Part shown: positions 50,180 through 63,613 of the stretch, in pieces
Layout: each line of letters begins with the position of its first letter
Numbering within the stretch: the stretch's first letter is position 1
Assembly (NCBI RefSeq): GCF_036321535.1
Contig: NC_087472.1
Location: 95,854,001 to 95,918,000 of the forward strand
DNA: 64,000 nt
DNA from: Camelus dromedarius
Lineage: Eukaryota
Reading direction: 5' to 3'
Notes under the pieces: generated by a model
What the model was told of the DNA's origin: nothing
Databases searched by the model: none
The model's input: the letters and a program-made list of their open reading frames with translations, nothing else
Position numbers and translations under genes: made by a program

Positions 50180-50370
50180 TGCTTTCTCCCATTTGATCTT
50201 CAATAAATGAACTAGCTATTCTGATTATCCTCAGTTTACAGATAAGAAAGCTGAGACTCACAGAGGTTATGGGACTTGCCCTAGGTCACGGAGCTAGTAG
50301 GGGGCAGAGCCAAGACTTGATCTCAGGTTTTCAGCATCCAAGCCCCTTGATCTTTCTAATATGCCACTTT
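50180..50370 (-). mobile_element. MIR SINE
   Basis: ttatcctcagtttacagataagaaagctgagactcacagaggttatgggacttgccctaggtcacggagctagta. Confidence 0.85.
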
Positions 50371-51479
50371 CATTCATGCGCTTTCAACGATGTCATTCTG
50401 CGTGTTAATCAGTTCTTTTGTGGCCAGTTTTCAACCTGAAATACTTGCTTATGGTACCAGGAAGCAGTTTACTCTCAGCACCTGGCAGTAGGCAGTTAGG
50501 CTACGGCGATGACGCGTTTAGGGCACAGCCCACCCCAGTCAAAGTGGCTGAAGCATGGGGCCAGAGCAAAGGGGATGGGCCTGGGGGCTAGAGGTAGAGG
50601 CTGCCAGGGGAAAACCGGCCAAGCCAAACAAAAAGCTTTCCAAAGTATACGATGGTTGCACTGGGGACCCAATGTCTGTGTCAATTTAATTGTTTAATTT
50701 TTGTTCATCTTCATTCTGAGGAGCACCTTTTACAAATTGTGCCTTTGATCGGAAAGATGTCAAAATTTGAGTTTATAAAAGTAAAGTTTATGTTCTACAC
50801 AGCTCTGTGGCCGTACACTTGAGAAAAATTTCATCTAGACTTAGAAATTCCTATGAGAACATAAAGAGGCTTTCCTTTATGAAAAAACTAAGGCTCAGAG
50901 AGACAAAGTAAACTCTCCTCTCCTTTGTGAAGGGGGGAGGCGGGACCCCCCGCAAGGCACTATTAAGAGGATTGAATGAGATAGTATGTGTGAAACACTT
51001 AGTACAGTACCTGGTGTACAGTGAGTGCTAAGTAATTGGTAGTAAGTACTGGAACTCTTTATTTGCTGCAAATACTCACCTTTGAGAAGTTTCCTGAAAT
51101 AAACCAAACAGGCACTTGCAAGAACTTGACTTTTTTTTTCCTTTTAAAATTTTTGTGAACTTCATTCAAAAGCCAAGGCCAAACAATATATTCTTAAGAG
51201 TTCTAAGTAAAAGTCACTGATTATGTAAGCAAATAGTTAATTTCCACCTCTCCAATAGGCAGAAATCAGACAAAATACTCCCTCGCTTTTAATCTCTATG
51301 CAGCTAATACAGCACTTCTGTTTAAGGTAGTGTATCTCCGTGATCATATCACAGACATTTCAGGCTCCCAAGGTGCCGGCATGGGGAGAATGAAGAGGCC
51401 AATAGCACAAGCTCCTTAGAAGAAAGGTGGTAAGTCAAGCCAAGGTATTTTAAGCTACTAAATGTGAAAATAGAAAACG

Positions 51480-51725
51480 AGGCAAGTGTAGTGTAGTTGT
51501 TAAGAGCAGACTTGAACTAGTCTGGGTTCAAATCCCGCTTCTACCACTTAGCAGATATGTGGTATCAGGCAAGGCATCTAACTGCACTATGTACTTAATC
51601 TGTTAAAAAAAAAAAAAAAAAAAAAGGGAGGACAACAGTGCCTCACAGGACTATGGTGCAGATCAAGAGTTTAAATAGAGAAGAAAATGCTTACAACAGT
51701 GCCTGAAACCATAGGTAGCATATGT
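51480..51725 (+). mobile_element. MIR SINE
   Basis: gtagtgtagttgttaagagcagac...ctgggttcaaatccc...ctaccacttagc...acagtgcctga. Confidence 0.8.
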
Positions 51726-52109
51726 CTGCTTTAAATCTTTTTTTGGTTAAATCTGGCTACAATGCATTTCTACAGTCCTTGTTTCTTTCTACTGTGTGTC
51801 TGCCTATAATGAGCTTATACACTTTATAAGCTATTAGAAGACAGATATTGTAGCTATGAATGTAGTTTTAAAGTGACTGATAGCTTTACAGACTATCGCA
51901 GACTCACATACGTAACAGTAAACTTAAAAAATGAAACTGAGAAGTATTCAAGAAATGGGGTGTTTTTTGCTTTGTTTGTTTGTTGTTGGGGGAGGCCAGC
52001 TACTTTAACAGAAAGTGAAGAGGTAGGTTTTGGAGAGAACTTTGCTAACTGCTTTTAATCTTTCATTTTGGTATAAAGTCTTAGGTTAACGACAAAGGGT
52101 AAGTATACG

Positions 52110-52330
52110 TGTGTGGCTTCTAGAGTCAGACAGACTCTCTTTCAAATCCTGGTTCTGACATTTATTGCAGGCGGAGTCCTTGGATGAGTCAACCTCTCCA
52201 AGCCTCAGTTTCCTCATCTGTAAAACACTCATGTGAGTGCTGTGAGGATTACATCAGATAATGCATATGAAGTGTATGGCACAAGTGTACCGTCTGGCAC
52301 ATGGTAAGCACTCAATTCGCCTAGCTACCA
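52110..52330 (+). mobile_element. MIR SINE
   Basis: tagagtcagacaga...ttcaaatcctggttctg...agcctcagtttcctcatctgtaaaa...ctggcacatggtaagcactcaat. Confidence 0.88.
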
Positions 52331-52349
52331 TGTAAGCGATGCACTCTGT

Positions 52350-52487
52350 AATACTCCTGCCTTGATTCTAAGACACCTTGCATCACATTTTAATGGTTGC
52401 TAACGATTTTCTTTTCCCTGAAACGTTGTTACTAAATCAGTGGTATATCTTATAATCAATGGCACGATAGAAGAGAGAAATACAGTA
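52350..52487. mobile_element. TcMar-Tc2 relic (MER104/Kanga-like)
   Basis: gattctaagac...tcacattttaa...tcttataatcaatggca...gaaatacagta resembles the recalled MER104 termini. Confidence 0.5.
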
Positions 52488-55125
52488 GGCAGAAGCAGAT
52501 TTAACATTTATGCCTTCCTTGTCCTATTTCATTAGTTAAGAATCAGTTCTTATTACTATTCAGTTTTACTAGTCAGACTGTTAGACCAAGATCCTGTTCT
52601 AGTCAGTTCAGTCAATGAAGTGAATCCATGTACCTTACCTTCAACATGGCCACTAGGCTTTAAGGCCACAGACTCCCCATCCTAACCAGCCACCATCAAA
52701 ATACAAGGTAAGAAAAAGTAATTCTCTTACTGACAAATAATTTTTTGGAGTCCAATGGTTTGGACTTTCTATAGGAAATTTCAAGTAGCTATTAACATAA
52801 TTTAGTTACTGAAACTCATTACACATCCTAAAGACTCACAGTAGATGTCTTCGGATTTTCCTCCGAGATGTTTTGTACAAAAAGCTATTCAATAACAAGT
52901 CACTGTAGGTGTACTTTTTGAATGTCAGCAAATTAATTTTGATAAACAATGGGGAAAAAAGTAACAAAAGGAAGGGCTTTAATGCACACGCATGTGCAAT
53001 TTACTCATTCTTCATCTAAATTCTTCCAATTTGCCAGAATTATATTAGCACTGCAAAAACAGAGCCAACAAAAACTAGTTTGGCTGCTCTTTGCCCTTTC
53101 TCTTTAGAGTGCGTTACAAATTACAGTATTAGACACTTGTTTAATTAGAAACTAGGCTTGCTTGTATTCAAGCCCTGGTCTTTCCTACTGAAAGCTTACC
53201 TAGGCTACCTCCTACTTTCAACAGGAAACCAAACCATCCTACACAGAGATGTTAAAACAAGCAAAACACCAACTGGCTAATGGACTTTCCTTGGAATAAA
53301 ATGCACAGCCATGAATGTGTTCTCTCTCAACTATTTCCCCCTAAAAGGAAGAAAACAGTAATTTCCTATAACTTTTTTAAAAAGTTTTGAGACCTAAGCA
53401 ATTATGTTTGGAAAAATCAGGAAAAAGACAAACAAAAATCCTATCCAGGCTCTGTACATCTAGGTCTCAAAGCACGGGATGCCCTTTGATAATGTGTCCC
53501 ATGAATGCTCTCTCCCCGAGTTTAAAAGCTGTCCTTAGGTGCTGGGATAGGCTTCAATCCCAGCCTCAACAGATTTAGATCCTATCCGATTGTTTTCCTG
53601 TCTTATCTCCCAGGCTCTCTCATAGTCTAACTGGGGTTTGCACAGAAAGTTCAAGGGTCAACAATGACCCATTCCTTAGTCCCTAAGCCTCTGTTATGCC
53701 TGCATCTTATCTGATTCCTTGGCAGGTTCCACTGACATGAAAAAATGTCATTTCTTCTGCATTCCTCTGGGCTCCGATTGTTCTGTAATTCCCGGTGACT
53801 GTAACAGAAGTGTCTCAATCTGAACTTCAGCAGGTCTGTTTCTTACAAATCATTTGTCACCGCCCACCTATCTCACTTGAGTCACCGCCACCTTGGATAC
53901 ACACACTGTGGTGCTTAGTTACTTGGATGCAGTTAGTCGGCTTCCTCGTTCTTCCTCTTTCCTGCCTTGGGACACTTCACTGCTCAGCAGTTTTTCAACC
54001 AGCAAAGTGAGAATAAGTAATATGCCTTCCTGAAATACGGTCCTGGCATATAGTAAGTATTCAATAAACACTGTTCCAATATTGAGCAAATAAAGAATGA
54101 AATCAGGCAAATGTTTGTTAGCAATACTCTAAATAAACATTTAGAGGGATGGGAAGTGGAGATGACTAGTTAAAAATTCAACTCCTTGTTATTTGTGAAT
54201 TTCACCTGTCCAGGTGAGTGGTTTTCAAACATTTTCTTAGTAATGGAATCTATTTTTATAGATGAACTTCAATAGAGCAACTTCATAAATAAAACAGGTA
54301 CAAGTGGAAATACTCCACGGGTATCTTTGGATAAGATCGGGGGCCTCACCCATAGAATGCAGCTTCGAACTCTTTTTAATGCTAATAAAATAAATGTAAT
54401 AAAATAAAATGCCATGAATTTATATTCAGAATATAGGAGCTAGAGCCCTATGGTCTCCAAATAGGCCAGGTGGTTTTGTGAAGAAATGAAAAGGGCAAAT
54501 TAGTACATCATCAGCTGACGATGAGGATGTGAATTTGCTAAGCCTAATATGGAATGGTGTAAATCACAACCATTGTAGAATAAAAGGAAAGAAAACATCT
54601 TTATTGGAATATTGTTCCCCTTTAGAGCTGGCATAAGTGGGCAGAAGCCCGGAGGCAGCTTGAGCACTCAGTCATGCACAGGCCTGTGGGAGGTCCCACC
54701 CACCGACATGACTCCACGGTAATCCATTTCACCTCTCTCAGATACACTGTTTTAACAGTTGTGAATGTAAAATAACCTTAACCAGTAATTTTAAACCAGG
54801 AGAACAAAAGGAACATGATTGAAACTAATTTACATTTTCAATTATTACCACAAAAATTTAGAATCTGTGCTCTTCTTTTTGTGGACTGTTTGTTTTTAAA
54901 TGATCACCTTTAACTGACAGGAAGGGAAAGTGTGTGAAGTATGTATGAAAGGGGTTCTAGGATGCCGTAGGGTGAGATAAAGAGAAAACAAACCAGGATT
55001 GAGTCTCTTGCTCTCCAGGATGCTATGTTCCCCCTCAGCAACTAAGGTAGAAGAATGGTAACTATAAGCAAATACATGTCTACATTGCCTAAAAGAACAC
55101 AGAGCTTCCTGAACTCTACCATTGT

Positions 55126-55170
55126 AAAACAAAACAAAACAAAACAAAACAAAACAAAACAAAACAAAAC
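55126..55170 (+). repeat. (AAAAC)9 microsatellite
   Basis: Read directly. Confidence 0.97.
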
Positions 55171-55689
55171 AAAAAACTGACAGAAGACCACAGTGTTCCA
55201 AAATCCAGAATTTCCTATTCAAAACACTCATGTTTTCAAGGCTTTACTTTCTTCTTTAAATGGCTGAAATGGGTGGCCTGACACTCTGATGCCCAGATCT
55301 ATCCCATCCATTTTTCAAGCTGGGCTTAGGAAAACCTTCCTTTGCTTTTACTTTACCAGTGAGAATATTACTGTTTTGTTCCTTAAAAAGATTTTTGCCA
55401 TTGTTGGGTACTTTCTCCTTGATGTAGATTTCTTGATAAAAAGCTTAGCAGGGGCTTCCAATGACACATCTATTTAGGTGGGCTGTGTTTTCAAGGTGGC
55501 AGCTTTGGGACTTACCTCATGGTAACCTCAATGCCGGCCACTGAAGTCATCTAATTTCTTTGTGGAAAAGGAGCTTATTTTGCTCTGTTTCCACATAATA
55601 TCTTTTTATTTGAAAAGATTTATCCTTGAAGTAGAGTTATATCTTCTTACCACCAGGCCATAGAATTGCAATTTTCTTTAATTTTTACT

Positions 55690-58600
55690 GTTAAAAATTT
55701 CACAGTAAAATTATCTTGGGAGGGGGTACAGTTCTACAACTTTTAACACATGTTAACACTCACGACAAATCAGGATACACAACAGTTCCATCACCCCCAA
55801 AACTACCTTTTCTGCCCCTTTGTATTCACACCATTCTCTAATCCATGACAACCACCGATCTGTTCTCCATCACTGCAGTTCTGTAATTTCAAGAATGCCA
55901 TATAAATGGAATCATACAGTATGTACCTTTTGAGTCTGACTTCTTTCACTCAGCATAATGCCTCTGAGACCTACCCAAGTTGTTGGGTGTTCCTTTTCAC
56001 TGCTGAGTAACACTCCATGGTGTGAAAGCACCACAGTTCATTCATTCATCCATTGAAGTGTGTCTGAGGTGTTTCCAGTTTTTGGCTTTTATGGATTCAG
56101 CTGCTTAGAAACATTTCTGTACAGGGTTTGTATGGGCATAACTTTTCATTTCTCTGGAGTACTCAAGAGGATTGCTAGGTCATATGGTATGTGTATAGTG
56201 ATCTTTAGAAGAAACTGCTGAACTGTTTTCAGACTGGTGGCACCGTTTTACATTCTCACCAGCAGAGTAAGTATGAAGATTCCCGTTGCTCCACATCCTC
56301 ATCAGCATTTGATATTGTCAGTATTTTGTATTTTAACCATTTCAATAAGTGTGAAGTGATATCTTGTCATGGTTTCAATTTGCATTTCCCTGATGCTAAT
56401 AATGAAACAACTTTTCACGTGCTAATTTGTCATCTTTATGTCCTCTTTGGTAGAGAATCTGTTCAAGTCTTTTGTTTATTTTAAAATTGGATTGTTAAAA
56501 AATTGGTTTGCTTTTTTTTTTTTAACTGTGAGTTTTGAGAGTTCTTTATATATACTGGATTCAGGTCCTTTGTTGGATATGTGATTTGTAAATATTTTCT
56601 CCACATTTGTGGCTTGTCACTTCTTTCTCTTAATAGTGTCTCTTCCAAAGCAAAGGTTTTTATTTTGATGAAGTCCAGGTGATCATTTTTCCCTTTCTTT
56701 TATGGATCATGATTTTGACCTCATGTCTAAGAACTCTTTGCCTAACCCTAGGTCATGAAGAGTTTCTCTTATGTGTTACTTCTTAAAGTCTTACAGTTTT
56801 ACATTTAGATCTGTGATGTATTTTGTTAATTTTTATATAAAGAGCTTTAGCTCAAACTTTATTTTTTCTGCATATGGATGTCCAAATTTTCCAACATTAC
56901 TTGCTAAAAGGGCTATTCATTCTTCATTAAATTGTTTTAGCATTTTTGTCTAAAATCAAATTGCCACACTTGTGTGACTGTTCTGTTCTCTTCCATTGGT
57001 CTAGGCTTCTTTTGCCAGTTCCACACTGCCTTGATTACTGTAGTGTTATTTTAAGTCTTACAATTGGTTATTGAGTCCTCCAACTTTATTATTCTTTTCA
57101 ATTATTAATTCAATTCCTTTAACAGATATGAACATTGATGTTATCTATTTCATCTTGGATGAAATTTTACTCTTTGATTTTTGAGGAGTTGGTACACTAC
57201 CCTTAAATTGTCAAGTATGTGTGTAGTATTCTGTTATTGTTCTTTTTAAAATCTGTGGAGGCCCAATATTTTGGATATTGCTAATCTGTATCTTTTCTCT
57301 TATTATCTTTGTCAGCCTTGCTAGATCAATTTTATTGTTCTTTTCAAATTTCCAGATTATGGTTTCATTGATTTTCCCTATTCTTTCAATTTAATTGATG
57401 TATCTTCACTACTTCCTTCTTCCTACACTTTGGGTTCATTTTGCTCTGCTTTTAAAAAAATTTTCTTAAGCTGGAAACTCAGATTATTGATTTGAGCTCT
57501 TTCTTTTTTTCTAACTGAAACATTTTAATGCTATCAATTTCCCTCTTAAACACTACTTTAGCTGCATCATCCTATTTTGTTCAGTTTTTACTTTCTCTAG
57601 ATCTTCACTTGATTCTGACAGCATAATTACTTAATACTTAACTGTCAAATGAACTATATTATCAGCTGGGTTAATATACAATCTCTTGACACTTGTTACT
57701 TGAGTATTTTACAGATTTTATATGTATCCATGATGAATAAATAATAGTATAAACATTCAAACATCGGTAATTGACCTACTTTGTATTACAGTATGCATCA
57801 CAGTATATATTGTCTCAGTCACTATTTGATATGTTGTATTTTCATTTTTACCCAGTTCAAAATATTTTCTAATTCTCCTTAAGATCTTTTTTGACCCATT
57901 ATAGAAGTATGTTGTTTAATTTCCAAGAACTTGGAGATTTTCCTCTTATCTTTCTCTTACTGACTAGTTTAGTTCCATTAGAATTACTTGGTTAGAGAGT
58001 ATACTTGGTACGATTTTAATTTTTTTTAATCCATGAAGATTCTTTTTATGACCCAGAACATAGTCTATCTTGTTGAATGTTCCACATGAACCTGAATGTA
58101 GATTGTCTACTCTTGGGTGGAGTGTTCTATACATACCAATTAGATCCAGTTGGTTGTCAGTTCTCCTATATCCTTGCTGATTTTCTGGCCAATATTGCTA
58201 TCAATTACAAAATCAGAAGAGTGCTAAAGTTGCCAAGTATAATTATGGATTGTCTATTTCTCCTTTCAGTGCTGCCAGTTTTTGCTTCATGTATTTTGAA
58301 GCACTGTTGTTAGGTGCATGCAAATTTTGGATTATCTTTCCTTAGTGAACTAGCTTTCTTATATTATGTAAAATCTCTCCTTATCCCCAGTAATTTTCTT
58401 TGCTCTGAAGTCTAATTTTCTGCTATTAATATAGCCACTCTAATTCTCTTCTGATTAATGTTTGCATGGTATACCTTTTGCCACTTTCTACTTCTAACCT
58501 ACCTGTATCATTATATTTGAAGTGAGTTTCTTGAAGACATTTGATTGTTGCATCATTTAAAAAATACAGACAATTTCTGTCTTTCAATTGGTGTATATAC

Positions 58601-60820
58601 ATTTAGACCATTTACATTTAATGTAGTTATTGATATGTTTGGATTTGGGTCTACCATTTTATTATTTGTTTTCTGTTTGTCTGTTTTTTCCTTCCTCTTT
58701 CCCATTTCCTGCCCCCTTCTGGATTATTCAAAATTTGAAAATTTATTTAATTAAATTGTAGTTTTGACAACATCTCTTTGGAAAGTTCATAGTTAAGGAT
58801 GACAATGTATATACTTAGAATAAAAATTTTACCACTTTAAGTGGAATGTTAAAACCCATATAGGTCCCTCTTCCCTCCCCCTTCTATGTTGTAGTTGTCT
58901 TATATATTACACCTACGTACACTGAAAACTTTATCAGACAACACTACAGTTTTTGCTTTCACCTATCAAATATATTTTAAGAGGGGAAAAAGCAGTCTAT
59001 TATATTCACCATTTCTTTTGCTCTTCTTTATGCTTGATGTTCCAAGTTTCCTTCCAGTATCATTTCTCTTCTGTCTGCATAACTTCCTTTAGTAATACTT
59101 TCAGAGCAGGTCTGCTGGTGATGAATTCTCTTAGTTTTCCCTCATCTGAAAATATCTTTCAACTTTACTCCTAAATACTTCTTTTTTGTTAGATTTAAAA
59201 ATCTGAACTAACAATTATTTTCTTTTAGCAGTTTAAAAACATAATTCTGGGAAGAGGGTATAGTTCAGTGGTACAGTGTGTGTTAGCATGCACGAGGGGT
59301 TCAATCTCCAGTATCTTCATTAAAAAAAATCAAAAATACATAAATAAACCTAATTATCTCCTCCCCCAAAAAGGGGGGAAAAAATGTGATAGGCAACATT
59401 AGAAAAAAAAAAAAAACCACAACTTAACATTGTTCCACCTCCTCAGGCCTGTAGGGTTTCCGATAAGAAACACATCATCATTTGAATCATTGTCCCTTAT
59501 AATACATTTAGCCACTTTTAATATTTTTCTGTATTTTGTTTCCTACAATTTGATTATGATGTGTCTGGGAGTGAATTTCCTTGGGCTTATCCTGTATGAA
59601 ATTCACTGAGCCTTTTGAATCTATAAAAGTTTGTCTCTTGCCAAACTTGGGAAGTTCTCACATTATTTCTTCATATATTTTTTTCAACCTGGTGCTCCTC
59701 CTTTTTTTGGACTCCAACGATACGGATGTTATTACTTTCTATTATTGTCCCACAGGTCCCTGAGGCTCTGTTCTGCCCAACTCCTCCATCCTTCTCTCTC
59801 TCCTTCAGTTGGGATAATATCTACTGATCCATCTTCAGGTTCACCAACTCGTTCCTCTGTCACCTCCATTCTGCTACTGAGTCCACCTAGTGAGTTTTTT
59901 TTTTTTTTAAACTTTGGTTACAATATATTTTGGTTCTAGTGTATTTATCTGGTTCTTCTTTATATCTCCTATTTCTTTTGTCATATAATTCTAACACCAG
60001 TGTCATTTCAGCATTGACATCTTTTGATTTTATTTTTCCCCATGCAAGTTGTGCTTTTCTTGGTTCTTCTTATACCAGGTAATTTCGCATTGTATCCTGG
60101 ATATTTCAAATAGTATGTTATCAGTCTATGGGTCTTGTTTAAATCCTATGAAGAATGCTGATGTTTTTGTTTTGGCAGGCAATTCATTTCATTACGTTTG
60201 AGCTATGAGTTCCAACCCACTTTCTGTGGACTGTGGTTCTGATCTCAGTTCAGTTTTTAAAACTGCTGCAGTGCTTTTTGAATCTGTCCCATGTGTACAC
60301 CACCCAGAAGTCCATCTGGGTCCTGGGTGGTAGTCTTTTACTTCAGTTCTCAAAGTCTTTGATACACTGATTAGGCTCAGATTCTTTCCTTTCAGATCAG
60401 GGCATGAGCCTAGGAGCCTATGAACAACTTTATATGGGGTCACTTTTCCTGAGGTCATCTCTGTCTGTGATCTCCCTGGTATCTTCCAGTTCCAGCAGCT
60501 GGCCAGAAAGCTGGGTCTTTACTTACTTACAAGAGAGGTAGAGGGGAGGGTGGAGAAGGGGGGAGAAAGGCAGAGAGGCAGGCAGGCAGGCAGGCAGGCA
60601 GAGAGATGGGGGTGGGGGGGGGCAGGCACACACAGTGTTTTTCCTTTTCCTTCTGGAGTTGTGGCTCTAGGTGACTCTCACTGAAGCTTCTGTTGCCACC
60701 ATAAGATCACTTGGAGGCTGGAGCATAAGAGAATAAAAAAAGGAAAAAGAAAAAGAAAAAACCTGGGGGATTTCCACATTCTCTCTGAGTGTTAGGAATT
60801 TCTTTTACTTCTCTAATCCA
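55690..60820 (-). mobile_element. Long decayed L1 (L1MC/L1MD class, ~5 kb) with internal deletion and nested insertions
   Basis: Antisense 3' UTR (55690-56100), ORF2 end (to ~57095), an abrupt jump to the ORF2 5' half (57100-58700) and ORF1/5' remnants (59000-60800). No intact ORF. Confidence 0.88.
59249..59416 (+). mobile_element. tRNA-Ala-derived SINE (vic-1 type) nested in L1
   Basis: gggaagagggtatagttcagtggta...agcatgcacgaggggttcaatctccagta...taaataaacctaattatctcctccccc plus an A-rich tail. Confidence 0.87.
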
Positions 60821-60988
60821 TGTTTGCTACTTTGTTTAAGATCTGGATCAAAATTTTTATCTTCTAAGTACTCTTACCTTACTAGCTCTATTTTACCCTA
60901 TCTCTAGCACTGATGTATTAATTCTATAATATAGTGTTACTTTTTAAAGAACGTCTGTTTTGCTTCCAATGTGTGTGCTTGGCTCCTA

Positions 60989-61137
60989 ATCCTGGAGCTG
61001 TGTAAGGGCAGAACCCATGGCTTCAAAACCCTTTTTACTTCCCACACCCCACACAAATATCCTGGAGCTGTGTAAGGGCAGAACCCATGGCTTCAAAACC
61101 CTTTTTACTTCCCACACTCCACACAAACATCCTGGAG
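60989..61137 (+). repeat. 70-bp tandem duplication (2 copies plus 9-bp remnant)
   Basis: Copies at 60989-61058 and 61059-61128 differ at 2 positions; atcctggag recurs at 61129-61137. Confidence 0.96.
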
Positions 61138-61287
61138 AGAGACAATATTCAATAACCATCTGGTTGATGGATGTTCCAATCAGCTTTAGTAAAAATAAGA
61201 GTAATTTTGTATATTACGAGGATGAGGAGAGAACAATAAAGTAGGGGGAAGAAAGGTGCTAGTTAATCATCAATAGAAAACAAGGTA

Positions 61288-61909
61288 CAGTTGGTTACAC
61301 TACAATCCTTATTTTGAAAATGAGAATTTATTCCAATGCCATCAACATATCAGGATACAATCTGAACATAATGGGAATTTTATATTTGCTTCTGCAGGAT
61401 TTTGCCTCTAAGAAACACCAGGTGAGTGCAGAAAATTGCACCCAGATTTTATATCGAGGAATATATATAATACACACGTACCCCTCAAATAGTGACCAGC
61501 TACCTCAGTTCACTGAGTGTGTGATGAGCTATGCTCACCCACATCTGGTATTTCTTGTAATTTTCCTTCCAATTTCAGATAACTTTCCTTTCACCACTTC
61601 ACCATGACTCACAAGCTGCAACCCTTCTGAGGTTCACTGTCGCAAGCAAACTTCAGGTCATTTTCAAGGTAAAGTGCCATATTTACTGTAGTATTTATGT
61701 ATTTCTTAGCTGTTTAAGATGTGTAATATTACACCACTGTTTTCATTAGGTGACTATATTTTTGTTTATGTGTCACTGATGAAGTTTTTGTGTGTTGTGC
61801 TCCTAACCCCTATGTTTTTCCCATAAACCATTTGGTTGTTATCGTGTGATTTTACGTAACTTAGTGATTTTTTAGAAACACAGGTATGGCCTTATGAAAG
61901 AACTGAGTG
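61288..61909. mobile_element. Tigger13a-like TcMar-Tigger element
   Basis: ta|cagttggtt start; gagaatttattccaa, agaaacaccaggtga, ccagctacctcagttcac, caagctgcaacccttc, caagcaaacttcaggtc and cctaacccc; end aactgagtg. All follow the recalled Tigger13a consensus. Confidence 0.82.
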
Positions 61910-62919
61910 CAAATGGAGAGGAGGGAACAGAATACTGGTAGGTGGACAAGGTATAAGGATAAAAACAAGGAACAGGACATGGAGTACACTCTCAGTATTT
62001 TCTTAATTTCAAGATTTGCCCAAGAAGATTTTCTTTCATCTATAACCATTCAAAAGAAGAGCATAGCCTGACACCAATAAACTGAGGTCTGGCAGCTCAT
62101 CAAACCAAAGATTAGGTTGCTCTAGAAATTTAACTTCAACTTACTGGTTCAGAGTCGAACAACTCCTCAGGCTGGTTTTCCTAACAGAGCATCACCTAAG
62201 TAAGACTGTATAGGGAAAGAGGAGGAGAAGGCACAGAGAAGGGACCCACAAGAATGTCTTCTGCCTTCTCATCTCCAGTCATTCACATCCTACTGATACT
62301 TCCGGTCCCAGCTTACATCTCACCTTCTCTATGCAGTCACCTCAGCTCTTCCTTCTCTCCCCACTTATGTAAATGTTTAGACTAAAAATCAGTATAGCAG
62401 TTGTTAATTACTTCCTGCCACCCCTTGAACACACCTGCATATGGATGAACACACACCCATCAGAGACAATGGCATGTTCCAGCTGCGATTCTCATGACTT
62501 CAGGGATCTCTCTGTGGGAATAGGACTGTGTATGCGGTGTGGTGTGTCTCTGGTTCAGTAATTTTGCCTCATCGACTAGACTGTGAGCTTACAGTTGAGC
62601 ACAAGTCACCCTCCCCAACCTGCCCACCTCCCTCCTGCAAAAGCCTATTAAAGAGCAAGGACAGTGTTATGCCACGTGTGTATGGAGTGGTGGGGGGAGG
62701 TCCACAAGATCTTTTAAAAGAGTTCATCATTATGTCTGTGTTGAGGAAGAACCAATGATTTGCATAAGGAGTCTATTCATTTATTTACCTTGAAAATTAC
62801 TTATTTTTAGAGTGAGTAATTAAATGTATTAGAATTTAATTCAGAATGAACAGACTGATGGAAGGAATCTCTTTGTCATTCATTCTATGCAGTTAACTTG
62901 GGGAAGAAAAGATCTGAGT

Positions 62920-63613
62920 AACAAATCCTATCAGTTCTGACTTTAAAATGCATCCAGAATCCAACCACTTCTCCCAAGGTACGCTGCTATCTGGTCGCTC
63001 AAGTTGCCATCATCTTTTGCTGAGATTACAGCAAAGTAGTTCACTTAAGGTCACATCATGGCACTCCTCTGCTCAGAACTCCTCAACAGCTCCCCATCTC
63101 CCCTAGATCAAACCCAACATCCTTACAATGTCTCTACGGCCCCTCACGGTCGGTGTCCCTCCCACTCTGACCTCACCTTACCACTCTCCCCGCTGTTTGT
63201 TCATCTCTTGCCACACTGGCCCCTTGCAATTTCTGACACTTGCCTAGCATCCTTAAGACTCAGGCCCTCCATGCTCGCTGTCCCTTGTGCCTGGCACGCT
63301 TTTCCTCCACATCTCTGCACGGCTCACTGCCTCACATCCTTCTGGCCTTTTCTCGATACTGAGAACTTCCCTAACCACCCTAGAGATGAGCACCCCCAGC
63401 TGCCTCAGCCCTTTCCTCCACACACAACTGGATTTTTCTCCACAGGACTTGTCACCACCTACCATGTCACAGAACGACTGCTCTGTCTTCCCAGACTGGA
63501 AGGTAATTTCCTTGAGGACAGGGACTTAAGTTCAGCTCCTTGCTATAGATCCCTAGCGGCTGTAACAACGTTGGCCCAGAGTAATTGCTCAATACATTTA
63601 TGTAGAATGAATT
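62920..63613 (+). mobile_element. L2a 3' fragment
   Basis: ccagaatccaaccacttctc...cactcctctgctcagaactcctcaacagctcccc...gccacactggcc...tgctcaatacatttatgtagaatgaat. Confidence 0.88.
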
